Shown here: positions 26,356-36,061 of the stretch, piece after piece | Numbering within the stretch: position 1 is the first letter of the stretch | Layout: the number at the start of each line of letters is the position of its first letter | Virus record (IMG/VR): IMGVR_UViG_2841531823_000001 | Coordinates: 1-64,000 of that record | DNA length: 64,000 bases | From: a virus | Lineage: Duplodnaviria > Caudoviricetes | Direction: 5' to 3' (one strand) | Position numbers and translations under genes: made by a program | Notes under the pieces: model-generated | What the model was told of the DNA's origin: nothing | The model's input: the letters and a program-made list of their open reading frames with translations, nothing else | The model's database searches: none

Positions 26356-26999
26356 ACCGGGGCTCCCTGATCTATGGACTCCATGGCCGCACAGGCGGCC
26401 GAGACAGTGGCTTCGATGATGGCGAGGTCGGGCGCGGTCTCGATAGTCGCGATGGCGCCGAGCCTGGCAGTCTCGAGCGGGGCGGCCAGCGAGATCCAGA
26501 TCGCGCTCAGCCCGAGGTAGACCTGCGCCACCTGCCATGCCGTGGGCGCGGTGATGCCGACCTCGGCCGCGATCAGGGGATAGTCGTCGAGGTCGGGATC
26601 GACGGCGGCGATGTAATTCCGGGCCTCTGCCTCTTTGCGGAGATAGAGCATGTCCTGCCCGGTGATCGCCGTCACATATCGTCGCCGCACGGCATCGGCG
26701 GCTCTGTTGATGCACTCGATGCCCGCGCGTCGCGCCTGCTCAAGCTCTGCTGCCAGATCGGCAGGCGTCCGCGGGTCCACCCAAGCCCCCACTTGATAAT
26801 CAAACACCGCCCATGGGCCGGGCCGGGGCGGGTAATCGATCACGACTCCATCGCGGACGTAGCTCGCCTCGAAATCGTAATAGCCGAGAACGAAGCTCTC
26901 CTCGGGTGAAACATTCACCTCGATCTCGGCCAGATCGTTGCACAAGACGCGGCGAACGATCCGTCCGGTGGCGGTTTCAAAGATACTGGCCTGGATCAT
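26352..26999 (-). CDS. tail fiber assembly-like protein
   Basis: Follows tail fiber; PPRPGPWAVFDY..W and Y..KEAEA motifs. Confidence 0.65.
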   Translation of the reverse strand: MIQASIFETATGRIVRRVLCNDLAEIEVNVSPEESFVLGYYDFEASYVRDGVVIDYPPRPGPWAVFDYQVGAWVDPRTPADLAAELEQARRAGIECINRAADAVRRRYVTAITGQDMLYLRKEAEARNYIAAVDPDLDDYPLIAAEVGITAPTAWQVAQVYLGLSAIWISLAAPLETARLGAIATIETAPDLAIIEATVSAACAAMESIDQGAPV

Positions 27000-29900
27000 T
27001 TCTTAGCCTGGAAGACAACGAGTTTCACGTCTGAGACACTGGCGCCGGCACTCTCCGAACGGAATTGAACGGAAATCGTCGTGTTGCCGTCCGCGTAAAG
27101 CGACAGCTGCTGCATTGGTGTCGCAATTCCGGTCATTCCGAGGTACTGCGTGCGATCGCCATCCCAATACGAAATGACCGCCCCAATGATGGTACCAGAT
27201 CCGATCAATACGCCATCCCGGTAAAACCGAAAGGAGAGTTGCGGACCGCTGGACCCATTACCCGGGGTCGAATAGCGGAAGTAGCACAGCAGCATCACAT
27301 CGGCGCCGGCTACTCCATAGAAGGTGTGGCTGATGCGCGTGACGTAGGATGTGTTGACAGAACCACCGGCGCTCTCGGCCTGAGACATTGTGGAGACGGC
27401 ACGGTTAGCGATGTGTAGGGTGCCAACGGCCAGTTCAGCGATCTGCCCGCTGCCGATCGAGGCAAAGGGCATAATCATGGAGCCGTCTTGGGTGATGCGC
27501 CACCCGGTTCCCGCCCCGGCATTGAAGTTGCTCGACTGCAGGGAGCCACCGAACACGGCCAGACCCGCGGCGCTGAAGCTTTGCGTGTTGACCAGATCCG
27601 TGGTGAGGCTGTTCGGCGTGAGGAGCGTCGCACCGGTGCGCTGTTTCACCACCTCCATATTGCTCAAGAGGCCGATACTGGCCGATGAATCCCCCCAGCG
27701 AATTGCGCGCAGGATGCACTTGACGGCCCCTTCAGGAGCAGCCACCACAGGAGTGACGATCTTCTGCCACCCGGAGTAGTTTATGACGGTGCTGCGCGAC
27801 GCGGTGGTCTGCTGCCCGTCTGCTGCGATCCACACGAACTGGATGCCTATATTGCAGCCTTGAGCGACGGCAGCTGCGGCATTGTATTGCGTGGCAAACC
27901 TCTCCCCGCCTTCACAGGTGAACTCGCCAACCACTACAAAGCGAGGGCTCGTGTCAGGGTTCATGCGAAGAAGGAACGGCGAGGGCGCAGTTTTGACCGG
28001 GCCGTATGGGGAATTGGGATCGCGAGGCACCACCTCAAAGGTGTTCGGCATTGGCCCCCATCCGCGCGTATCGCCGTAAGGCATCGCGCCGTTGAGGACC
28101 AAGTTGCCCGAAAAGTCGGTTACGACCAGTTGTTGCGCCGCCACTGAACCATCGAGCAGGATGTCGGTTGCCGAGATGCGCGCGACGGAGACAGGGCCAT
28201 TCGGGTTCGTGGCGGCAACAAGCTCGAGCCCGGCGCCCGCCGTCCCGGCCTTGACACGGAAGACATAGGAGGCACTTGCGTTGCCCTGCAGGGTGGCAAG
28301 CGCGGTGCCCTGTGCCGAGATCGTGGCGGAGCTGCCATTGGCCTGCACGGCCAGCTGCGACAGCAGCGTGCCCATCGCTGTGCCCGACAGCCTGGAGAGA
28401 TCCAGCCCCTTGATGTCGGTAATCTCGCCCGAGAGGCTGTTGATCTCGGGCAGCTCGCCCGCCACGGCCGCAATCTCGACATAGACGCGGGCGACCTGCA
28501 CCGCACGGCCCGCCCCATCGTGGTCTCCGAAGATGCCGAGATAGGACGGCCCTCCGCCGATCGCGACTGGAACATCATAGTGGAAGATGTGCCACTGCCA
28601 TGTGGTCGAAAGCGCGCCCGACAACATCGCGCCGGAATTGCCGTTGTCGGCGGTCGAGAAGGCGACAGCGAAGCGTGAGGCTGGGTTACTCGTCGGCCGC
28701 CGAGCCAGCACGCCGATCTTGATCCGCTGCCCGCTGAAGAGGAGAGCCCGATGCGTGCTGATTGTCACGGATGCGCCATTCGTGGCGCCGCTCGTGATGC
28801 GGGCCGCCGAGGTGTCCTTTACGATGAGCGTGTTCGCTTGCCCCAGCGCCGCGCCGCCGAGCGAGACGGAGGCGGCTGCGCCGGCAGTCACATCGGCCGT
28901 CTGGTCGAGCACAGCCTGGAAGCCCTGCACGGAGGCAGAGACATCATCGATGCTGGCGCTCATCCGCGTCTCGGCCGCGGCGATCGCCTGCCCGGTGGCG
29001 GCAGAAGTCAGATAGTTCGTGGAGAGGTCCGCTGCCACCGAGGCCGCCGCGGCGGCGGCGTCCAGCGCGGCCTTGTCCGTTACCGCAACCCAGGCTGTGC
29101 CACTCCAACGCTTCGGCGTGTTCGTGTTGCCGGCCGTGTCGATCCACAGGTTCTGGGAGAGCCGATCCGCCACGGCTGGCGGCGTGCTGGAATAGATGGT
29201 CTTGCCCTTGCTGTTCGCCGTCGTCTCCACTGTGTCGATGCGAGAGGAGAGCGTCAGCCCCGCCGCGGCAATCGCGTTGTTGGTTTGCGCCGCGGTCATA
29301 TAGTTCGTCCCGAGGTGCGAATAGACCCCGGACACTTCGGCGGTGAGGTCGGCCTGAAGCTGCGCGATCGAGGCGCCCAGCCCGGTCAGCGTGGCGGCCT
29401 GCTGCGTGATCGAGGCTTGAACGCCCGGCACCTGCGCGGCCGCAATTTCCGCTTCCGTCGCCTCGCGCAGATCGAGCAGATGGACCTTCATGCTCTGCGC
29501 TGTGGCCGTGTTGCGGAGCGTCAGGCGCAGCCGGATCTGCGAGTAGGAGCCGGCCGGTCGAATGAACAGGAACTCGCGCAGTTGCACGATCCCCGGCGCG
29601 GCCGCGATTCCGAGAGCCGCGAATGTGGTGGATAGCCCACCGGGCCGGGTGCCGGGTATCCACGCGGACCCGTCTGCTGACCACTCGGCGCGGAATAGCG
29701 GGTCCGCCGAGGCGCCGGACTCGTATTGCACGGCGATGGTCGCCACGACATGTTGAGCGATCTGCGCACCATTCAGCCCCGCTCCGCTCGTGGCAATGAG
29801 GTGCGCGGCGCCGCCGGACGCCGGCGCCACGAAGGAGAGGCCACCGCCCCACCGGCCGGAGAATTGCGTAGCATAGCCGGTCAGGCCGCTGCGGTGCGAC

Positions 29901-30343
29901 CAGTTTGTCGCGACTGGCAGGCCCCCGTCCCATTGCGCGATGGTCGGATCCTTCACCCAGCCGCGTGCCACCGCCATGGTGGCGAGGTTCTTTGCCTCGG
30001 CGAAAGCATCCGTCAGCTTGCCGGCGAACCCCTCCACCAGCGCGTCGTGATCCTCGCGCACGGCTTGAGCAGCCAGCGCCGCGGCCTGCGCCTGGTTGGA
30101 AGCCGCGATGGTCGCCGCATCGAGTTCATCGACGCGATCTTTCAGTTCTTCCGGGGTTGTCCCGCCGCCGCTGCCCGGGTCGCTTCCGCCTACCTCCTGA
30201 ACCGCCTTTGCCGCCAGAGCGGCAGCGCCGGAATAGATCCTGTCCACCTCTCCCCAGAGGACGGCCTTCTTCGAGCGCGGCCCGCGCTTCCCCAGCAGCA
30301 CCTCGAGCTCGGCCATGAAGGAGTCGGTCCATGGCCGGCTCAT
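26996..30343 (-). CDS. tail fiber / host-specificity protein
   Basis: ~1115 aa with coiled coils, beta-sandwich-like modules, LQSSNF..GWRITQDG motif. Confidence 0.8.
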   Translation of the reverse strand: MSRPWTDSFMAELEVLLGKRGPRSKKAVLWGEVDRIYSGAAALAAKAVQEVGGSDPGSGGGTTPEELKDRVDELDAATIAASNQAQAAALAAQAVREDHDALVEGFAGKLTDAFAEAKNLATMAVARGWVKDPTIAQWDGGLPVATNWSHRSGLTGYATQFSGRWGGGLSFVAPASGGAAHLIATSGAGLNGAQIAQHVVATIAVQYESGASADPLFRAEWSADGSAWIPGTRPGGLSTTFAALGIAAAPGIVQLREFLFIRPAGSYSQIRLRLTLRNTATAQSMKVHLLDLREATEAEIAAAQVPGVQASITQQAATLTGLGASIAQLQADLTAEVSGVYSHLGTNYMTAAQTNNAIAAAGLTLSSRIDTVETTANSKGKTIYSSTPPAVADRLSQNLWIDTAGNTNTPKRWSGTAWVAVTDKAALDAAAAAASVAADLSTNYLTSAATGQAIAAAETRMSASIDDVSASVQGFQAVLDQTADVTAGAAASVSLGGAALGQANTLIVKDTSAARITSGATNGASVTISTHRALLFSGQRIKIGVLARRPTSNPASRFAVAFSTADNGNSGAMLSGALSTTWQWHIFHYDVPVAIGGGPSYLGIFGDHDGAGRAVQVARVYVEIAAVAGELPEINSLSGEITDIKGLDLSRLSGTAMGTLLSQLAVQANGSSATISAQGTALATLQGNASASYVFRVKAGTAGAGLELVAATNPNGPVSVARISATDILLDGSVAAQQLVVTDFSGNLVLNGAMPYGDTRGWGPMPNTFEVVPRDPNSPYGPVKTAPSPFLLRMNPDTSPRFVVVGEFTCEGGERFATQYNAAAAVAQGCNIGIQFVWIAADGQQTTASRSTVINYSGWQKIVTPVVAAPEGAVKCILRAIRWGDSSASIGLLSNMEVVKQRTGATLLTPNSLTTDLVNTQSFSAAGLAVFGGSLQSSNFNAGAGTGWRITQDGSMIMPFASIGSGQIAELAVGTLHIANRAVSTMSQAESAGGSVNTSYVTRISHTFYGVAGADVMLLCYFRYSTPGNGSSGPQLSFRFYRDGVLIGSGTIIGAVISYWDGDRTQYLGMTGIATPMQQLSLYADGNTTISVQFRSESAGASVSDVKLVVFQAKK

Positions 30344-31923
30344 TGCCAAACCTCGTCAGGGGTGCCCGCGAGCACGATGCGGGTTACGGTCCAGTTGCCG
30401 GAAACCTCGACCTGCCAGACCGAACCGAGCCCCTCCGGCAGGCGCTCGATGACATTGGCCGCCGTGATGGTCCTGATGAGGGTGCCATCGCGATAGACCT
30501 TTGCCGTCAGGCTCGGCGTCTCGCCGCCGGTGGGCGGCTGCGCGTCCACCATGATGACGCCAAACCCGGTCGGCACCGGCATGGCAAACGGCTTCGACCG
30601 CCATGTGAAGGATGCGAGGGAGCCGCTGGAATCGTCCAGCGAATAGACCGAGATCCCGTCGTTCGCGAGCCCGATCAGGCGCCCCGTCGCGAGGTGGTGG
30701 TAGAGGTCGCGATAGCTGCCCGGAGCCGGCAGTAGGAACGGCATCTCGCCCGACAGGTCGACCATTGCGAGCTTGCGCGCCCCCACGCCGCCCGGGGCGT
30801 AGGAGAAGGCATAGCGGCCTTGGAATTGTGCCGCCCGGAACCCGGCTGGCCAAAGCGCGCCCCACTGATCCCGGTCCCAGAGCGCCGACGAGATGAGCCG
30901 GGCGCCGCTCTGCGAAATCTCGACCAAGCCATTCGTGCTCGGGAAGATCGCGGCATAGCCCATATCCACGATCCCGCGCCTGGAGAGGCACGGGAACGAC
31001 TGCTCGAGGCGCTCCATCGACATGGAGTCTGGGTGCAAGCCCTGCACCACATAGGGCGTGCCGGTCGTGAGCACCGCGAGGCTCGTTCCGAAGGCGCAGA
31101 GGCCAACGATGGGGTCATTGGTGGCCAGCGCGTACTTTCGCGGCCACGCATGAGGCTGCCATGGCTCACAGAAGAACAGGTCGCGCCCGGAGAAGCCTGC
31201 CATGATGCCGTTCGGCAGGGCGGTCAGGCCCGCCAGATCGGCGGGCGGCGTGTCATAATCCAGCGATGGCAGCACCTCTTGGGGCGGATCGGCCGCGATG
31301 TCGTGGACGTAGGATGTCACACCCGCGGCCAGTTCCTTCACAAAGTAGAGGTCGGTCACGCCGGTCGTGCTGGTGACGGACCGATACACGCGCTTTTTCG
31401 TCACGAGGCGCGATGCGCCGGGCGTCGCCACCATGGACACGGTGATGGTGCAGCCCGGGCTCCAGTTGATGGCGTCGGAAATGGTGGATGGCGCGCTCTC
31501 TTCCCCGAGGCTCGTCACCCATGTGTAGGCGTAGCGCACGGTTTCGGTGAGCTCGGGATCGAGTGTCCCGGCGCGCGCCACGGCCGGTTTCTCGTTCGGC
31601 GGGTTCAAGGCCAGCCCGTAGTAGACGCCGGAATAGAGCAGCTGGGGCGCCGCCCCGGCGCCGTGGCTGATGTACAGCCGATCCTGCGCGACCGGGCCGG
31701 GCGCGGCGTCTCCGTCGCCCGTCCACGAGATCCACGTCGATCCGTGTAGATAGATGCGGCTCGCCTCGGCCGCGAGCGTGTCGATGAGGACGGGGCTCCG
31801 CATGGGCGCCAGATCCCCGCGGTTCAGGCGGGCCCCGGAGACTGATGCCGCGTGCGTCTGCGGCAGGTAGCGCGGCTGCGTCTTCGGGATCTCGCCGGCG
31901 AAGCCCTCGAGCGTGATTTTCAT
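30340..31923 (-). CDS. tail tubular/nozzle (stabilization) protein
   Basis: FAGEIPK N-terminus, YAYTWVTSLGEESAPS, beta-propeller-like; podovirus tail position. Confidence 0.75.
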   Translation of the reverse strand: MKITLEGFAGEIPKTQPRYLPQTHAASVSGARLNRGDLAPMRSPVLIDTLAAEASRIYLHGSTWISWTGDGDAAPGPVAQDRLYISHGAGAAPQLLYSGVYYGLALNPPNEKPAVARAGTLDPELTETVRYAYTWVTSLGEESAPSTISDAINWSPGCTITVSMVATPGASRLVTKKRVYRSVTSTTGVTDLYFVKELAAGVTSYVHDIAADPPQEVLPSLDYDTPPADLAGLTALPNGIMAGFSGRDLFFCEPWQPHAWPRKYALATNDPIVGLCAFGTSLAVLTTGTPYVVQGLHPDSMSMERLEQSFPCLSRRGIVDMGYAAIFPSTNGLVEISQSGARLISSALWDRDQWGALWPAGFRAAQFQGRYAFSYAPGGVGARKLAMVDLSGEMPFLLPAPGSYRDLYHHLATGRLIGLANDGISVYSLDDSSGSLASFTWRSKPFAMPVPTGFGVIMVDAQPPTGGETPSLTAKVYRDGTLIRTITAANVIERLPEGLGSVWQVEVSGNWTVTRIVLAGTPDEVWQ

Positions 31924-31930
31924 GTCGCCC

Positions 31931-32590
31931 TCACAGCCATTGCGGCTTGATGCGGAGCCGGGCGCGCTGCTGCCCCTTGATCGAGGCGCTGGAGGTGCCG
32001 TCGCAGGCTGCATCGAACATCAAGCGGTAGCGCTGCGCCTCCTGCGGGTTGGTGAAGGTCTGGTTCGGCATGGCGAGCAGCCGAGCGAGTGCGCCGAAGG
32101 ACAGCCGTTCGGCGTGCTGGGAGAGCATGAAGTCAGGCACGACGTTGTAGGCGTCCTTCAGCGGGTCATCCGGGTCTGTCCCGAACAGGCTGTCCTCGCG
32201 CGGCTTCAGGAACAGGGAGAGGCGGAGGAGACCGGGCGCGAACGGATAGACGCTGACCTCGTTCGGCCCGACCTGTGTGAGATAGCGGGGCTCGCCCGTC
32301 TCGGCCTCTCCGGTGAGCTCGTCCGGCGCGGCCTCGGTGAACAGGGTCGGGGTAAGCGGCTCCCCGTCGAACGTCGCTTCCTCGATCTTGTGGATGACGG
32401 CATGTTCAGGGGTAACGATCGCCTGCCGGTTCTCCGTCAGATCGAAGCTCGAGATCGAGCGCCAGCCGTTCGTGCGCTCGCACCACTCTATCGCGGCGGA
32501 CCGGAGCGCCCGCTCCGCGGTGTGCTGCGGGCATCCGGGCGCGAAGGGCAGGACGTAGCCCAGGAACAGTGAGAGCTCGACCATCGCCAT
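31931..32590 (-). CDS. virion head-tail adaptor-like protein
   Basis: VLPFAPGCP..AAIEWCERT motif; position. Confidence 0.65.
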   Translation of the reverse strand: MAMVELSLFLGYVLPFAPGCPQHTAERALRSAAIEWCERTNGWRSISSFDLTENRQAIVTPEHAVIHKIEEATFDGEPLTPTLFTEAAPDELTGEAETGEPRYLTQVGPNEVSVYPFAPGLLRLSLFLKPREDSLFGTDPDDPLKDAYNVVPDFMLSQHAERLSFGALARLLAMPNQTFTNPQEAQRYRLMFDAACDGTSSASIKGQQRARLRIKPQWL

Positions 32591-32602
32591 TGCGGCCTCC
32601 TA

Positions 32603-33295
32603 TCAGGCGGGCATCTTCGCCTGGTTGGCGAGGGCCATCGCCGCTTCGCCGTTCGCCACGCCCTCGATGATGGTGGTGAACATCTGGAAGTGCGCGGCGG
32701 CGCGCTCCCCTGCGCCGGGAAGGCCCGCGTCCTTGCTGAAGGCCCGGTAGAGCACGAAGTTCTCGAGCGCATTGCGCCAGACGTCTGGCATCGGCACCGC
32801 CGTGGTGTAGGCGTCGATGTCGAGCGCGCCGGCGCCTGCTGGGGCGGCGATCGGCGCGGGCATCACGCCAACAACGGCCTCGATCTTCCCGGTGCCATCA
32901 TTGCCTGGCACGACGAAGAAGGTCCGCGGGTCGTTCATCGAATGGATGACGTGCCGAACCGTCTTGTTGAAGGGCAGGGTGGTCGTGTCCTGCCAGCCCG
33001 GGATCTGCGCATCCATCAGCGTCCGGTTGGCCAAGGCGCGGATCGCGGTCTTGGGGGCCACGGTATTGTGGGTCACATCCGCCAGGATGGTGCAGTCGGC
33101 CGGCAGATCCTGCTTCGTGCCCACGACGAGGGTGAGTTCGCGCGTGTCGGACACCGCATTGGGTTTCCGCGTGACGATCTCGCGCATCCCGCCGTTCAGG
33201 TAGTCGAGCAGCTCTGGCGGCGTCCAGCGGATCGCGCCACTGTCCTGCAGGGTAATCGACGCGGCCTTCATCACGTCTTTGGCGGTGAAGCTCAT
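32603..33295 (-). CDS. virion adaptor protein (DUF6682-like)
   Basis: LQD..RWTPPELLDYLN and LYRAFSKDA motifs. Confidence 0.7.
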   Translation of the reverse strand: MSFTAKDVMKAASITLQDSGAIRWTPPELLDYLNGGMREIVTRKPNAVSDTRELTLVVGTKQDLPADCTILADVTHNTVAPKTAIRALANRTLMDAQIPGWQDTTTLPFNKTVRHVIHSMNDPRTFFVVPGNDGTGKIEAVVGVMPAPIAAPAGAGALDIDAYTTAVPMPDVWRNALENFVLYRAFSKDAGLPGAGERAAAHFQMFTTIIEGVANGEAAMALANQAKMPA

Positions 33296-33582
33296 GGGGC
33301 GGCTCCTTCGGTGGCGCGGCCGCGGGGCCACGAGGTTTCGATGCGGTGGCTCTTGGGCGCCGCGATGCTCATCAGCACGGCCGCGGGGCCGATGCGGGAG
33401 AGGCGGAGGGAAATGCCGTCGGTGCGAATCTCGCCGGAATTGCGGAAGGCCTGCACGGTCCGTCCGGCGGGCCCCTCAGCGTCGACCTGGACGCACCAGC
33501 GCCCGATGCGCGTGAGGCGCGCGCGCACGGGCCCGATGCGGATCTCGTCGCCCGCCTGGATGTTGCGGCGGAGGTTGAGCAC
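33292..33582 (-). CDS. possible tandem CsrA-fold protein (96 aa)
   Basis: GGAGG RBS before GTG; two beta-rich repeats (AGDEIRIG..; ..VLMSIAAPKSHRI). Confidence 0.5.
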   Translation of the reverse strand: MLNLRRNIQAGDEIRIGPVRARLTRIGRWCVQVDAEGPAGRTVQAFRNSGEIRTDGISLRLSRIGPAAVLMSIAAPKSHRIETSWPRGRATEGAAP

Positions 33583-33583
33583 G

Positions 33584-33973
33584 TCAGCCCTCCGCGCGCT
33601 TCTCGATGATGTCGGCGATGATGGTCTCGCGCTTGGCGCGCCAGTGCGGTTTGCGGCCGAAGAGGGCGACGTAGGCCGCATCGATCTCCTCGTCGGTCAT
33701 GTCCTCGAGGGGCCTGGCCGCCGGATCGACCGGGGCGGGCGGCTCGGGAGCGGCGGGCGCGACCAGCTGCGCCGGCTCGAGCTTCTCCGGGGCGGCGGCG
33801 GGCTCCTCGGCCGGCACATAGGCGGTGATGGCGAGGAAGATGGCGATGTGCTCGGGATCGGTGACTTCGGCGACGTGCGGCCCGCCGGGCTGGCGCTCGA
33901 AGAAGCGGTATTCCTTATCCCCAATCGGGGCATAGGTTCCGCCTTGGCGGATGCGGAGGCATTCAATCAGCAT
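33584..33973 (-). CDS. hypothetical virion-associated protein
   Basis: AGGAG RBS; C-terminal small helical motif. Confidence 0.65.
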   Translation of the reverse strand: MLIECLRIRQGGTYAPIGDKEYRFFERQPGGPHVAEVTDPEHIAIFLAITAYVPAEEPAAAPEKLEPAQLVAPAAPEPPAPVDPAARPLEDMTDEEIDAAYVALFGRKPHWRAKRETIIADIIEKRAEG

Positions 33974-34030
33974 GGCGGGCGTCCTGCTCCTGAAGGTTGG
34001 TGGCGCCCGGCGCGGGCCGGGCGCGCGAGA

Positions 34031-34471
34031 TCAGTGGGTGTAGTCGATGACCAGCGTGAGGGTCTTGGTGGAGCCGGCCACGACGTTGCCCGAGAGGGTG
34101 ACGCCGATACCGCGGTTGCCCTCGTCCGGCGCGATGGCCAGACAGGCGGCCGTGGTGGCCGAGACCGCAGTCCCGTTCACCGAGGCGTCATTCAGGATCT
34201 GGTCCCCGACCGTGCGGGTGGGATCGGTGGAGCCCGGTTCGCCCGACATCAGGCCGACATCGGCGGTGATCGCGCCGAGGGCGCCCGAGATCAGTTCGGC
34301 GCGGAGCAGCTGGGCGCCGGCCGGGAGGAGGCCGAGCTCGAGCTTGTCGCTGGCCGCCGTGAACGCGGCATCGAAGGTGTGCTTGAAGACGGCCGTCATG
34401 CGGGCGCCGGAGACGTAGCCGGTGGGCGGGGTCGCCTTGCCGCGCGCGACCTTGGACTGAATCAGAGCCAT
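34031..34471 (-). CDS. capsid decoration/cement-like protein
   Basis: 146 aa, beta-rich, directly after the major capsid gene. Confidence 0.65.
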   Translation of the reverse strand: MALIQSKVARGKATPPTGYVSGARMTAVFKHTFDAAFTAASDKLELGLLPAGAQLLRAELISGALGAITADVGLMSGEPGSTDPTRTVGDQILNDASVNGTAVSATTAACLAIAPDEGNRGIGVTLSGNVVAGSTKTLTLVIDYTH

Positions 34472-34537
34472 GTGGGGTGTCCTTCAGATGGCGGGTTGCG
34501 GGGTGCTGCCGCCCGGTCAGGCGGCAGCGTCAGGCGA

Positions 34538-35638
34538 TCAGGCGGCCTCGGGATCCTTGGCCGCCGTGTCGATGGCCATCACGCCGAAGTCGCGGCCGTT
34601 GAAGCGCGTCTTCTTGAGGCCGAAGATGGCGCCCGAGGCGACGGTCGGCAGGTTGCCGTAGTCTTCGAGCTCCTCTTCCCAGGACCAGCGCATCCCGGCC
34701 GGCGTGCCGTAGGCGATGACGCCGGCCTGCTTGCCGAGCAGAAGCGCCCGCGCCGCCGGGATATTCGCGCCCGCGCCATAGTCGGTGAACCGGATCACGT
34801 CGGGATGGTCGTGCAGGATCGTGTTGCCGATCATGCCGAGCCCGCCCGTGAAGATGCGGTTCTTCGAGCCCTCGGCGCCGGCCGCGGCCTTCTGGATGTC
34901 GATCCAGCCCGAGGTGTCGGCGGTGCGCATGTCGTGGCTCTGGTAGGTCGACATGACGCAGACATACCGATCCGCGCCTTCGACGCTGACCGGCAGCATC
35001 TCGGTCGAGTCCTGATCGCGGACCTTCACCATCTTCGCGGCCGTGTTCGCGCGCTCGATGACGGCCTTGGCCATCTTGTCGGTCGCCGTGAGCTCGGCCT
35101 TGGCCTTCGCCGAGCCGCCGTACAGGATGTGCGCGCTGTCCGGCGCCTGCAGGGCGTTGCCGGCGTGCCCGATGTAGTCGGTGTCCTCGATGAAGTCCGA
35201 ATTGTGGCCGCGGGCCCCGGAGAGGTAGATGAACATGATCTCGTCCATGTACTTCTTCCAGTAGTCCGACAGACGCTCCTTCGCGACCTTGCGCAGATCG
35301 TGCTGGGTCCGCTTGCGGGTCATCTTGCCGCCCGCGTTCACCGGATGGCGGAGTTGGTCGATGATGACCTCATCGGAGAAGAAGCGCAGCGACTCCTCCT
35401 TGCCCTTGATCCGGTTGTCGCCGGAAGTCGGCTTCTGGCGCAGCTGCGCCGAGAGGTCGAACTGCACGCGGTCGCCGGCATCCGAGACCAGATCCAGCTT
35501 TTCCTCGACGATGTTGTTCTCGCCGGTGCCGATGAATTTCCGGTTCCAGTAGCTCTTGCGGTTGATGTCGACCGCAAGGCCGGGGGCCCACTTTTTCAGA
35601 GCTCGCGGGTCGCCCCATTTGATGACCGTCTGGGCCAT
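34538..35638 (-). CDS. major capsid protein (N4-gp56/DUF4043-like)
   Basis: GDRVQFDL..GKEESLRF..IDQLRH..FGLKKTRFN..DFGVMAIDTA. Confidence 0.9.
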   Translation of the reverse strand: MAQTVIKWGDPRALKKWAPGLAVDINRKSYWNRKFIGTGENNIVEEKLDLVSDAGDRVQFDLSAQLRQKPTSGDNRIKGKEESLRFFSDEVIIDQLRHPVNAGGKMTRKRTQHDLRKVAKERLSDYWKKYMDEIMFIYLSGARGHNSDFIEDTDYIGHAGNALQAPDSAHILYGGSAKAKAELTATDKMAKAVIERANTAAKMVKVRDQDSTEMLPVSVEGADRYVCVMSTYQSHDMRTADTSGWIDIQKAAAGAEGSKNRIFTGGLGMIGNTILHDHPDVIRFTDYGAGANIPAARALLLGKQAGVIAYGTPAGMRWSWEEELEDYGNLPTVASGAIFGLKKTRFNGRDFGVMAIDTAAKDPEAA

Positions 35639-35691
35639 GTCAGTTCCCTCTTGCTTGGTGCAATCGGGACGTCCTGCCCCTTGGTGGGCCG

Positions 35692-35735
35692 AATCTACCA
35701 GATGTTGCGGTTATCGGCAACGACAGCCGCAACAT
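35692..35735 (-). promoter_or_regulatory. capsid promoter with overlapping inverted repeat
   Basis: TTGCCG-17nt-TAGATT with extended TG; ATGTTGCGG/CCGCAACAT inverted repeat across the -35 region. Confidence 0.55.
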
Positions 35736-35772
35736 ATGGTGTTGCCTGGAGTCAAGCGGGATCTCGGGCACG

Positions 35773-35802
35773 AAAAAGCCCCGGGCCTTTCGGTCCGGGG
35801 CT
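35773..35802 (-). terminator. rho-independent terminator
   Basis: AGCCCCGGACC-GAAA-GGCCCGGGGCT followed by T-tract. Confidence 0.8.
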
Positions 35803-35871
35803 CGTGTCACATGCAGGGAAGGAGGGTCCATGACCTCTCGGATCACAATTTGGGCCACATCAGGCGGAACG

Positions 35872-36048
35872 TCAAGTCTCCGGCGGCCAGTCAGGGGGCT
35901 GGACGTCTTCCCCGATGCGCAGGATCGGCACATTGCGCGGGGCATCCACCTGCAGCCATGCCTTACGGCCCTCGGCTGCGCTGCACCGCACGGTGATCTC
36001 GGCGCCAATCTTGACAGCCTCGCCGGGTTTAAGCCGCGTCGTGAACAC
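35872..36048 (-). CDS. csrA: CsrA/RsmA-like carbon storage regulator protein (58 aa)
   Basis: TRLKPGEAVKIGAEITV..LQVDAPRNVPILR aligns with the CsrA consensus; GGAGG RBS before GTG. Confidence 0.75.
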   Translation of the reverse strand: MFTTRLKPGEAVKIGAEITVRCSAAEGRKAWLQVDAPRNVPILRIGEDVQPPDWPPET

Positions 36049-36061
36049 CTCGCGCCCTCCC

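Noticed and set aside
26996-30343. Diversity-generating retroelement or invertible tail-fiber cassette
   Set aside because: No reverse transcriptase, template/variable repeat pair or invertase seen
32690-35833. 1047-aa plus-strand ORF, and similar antisense ORFs over portal, terminase, RecT and integrase
   Set aside because: Shadow frames of well-supported genes on the other strand
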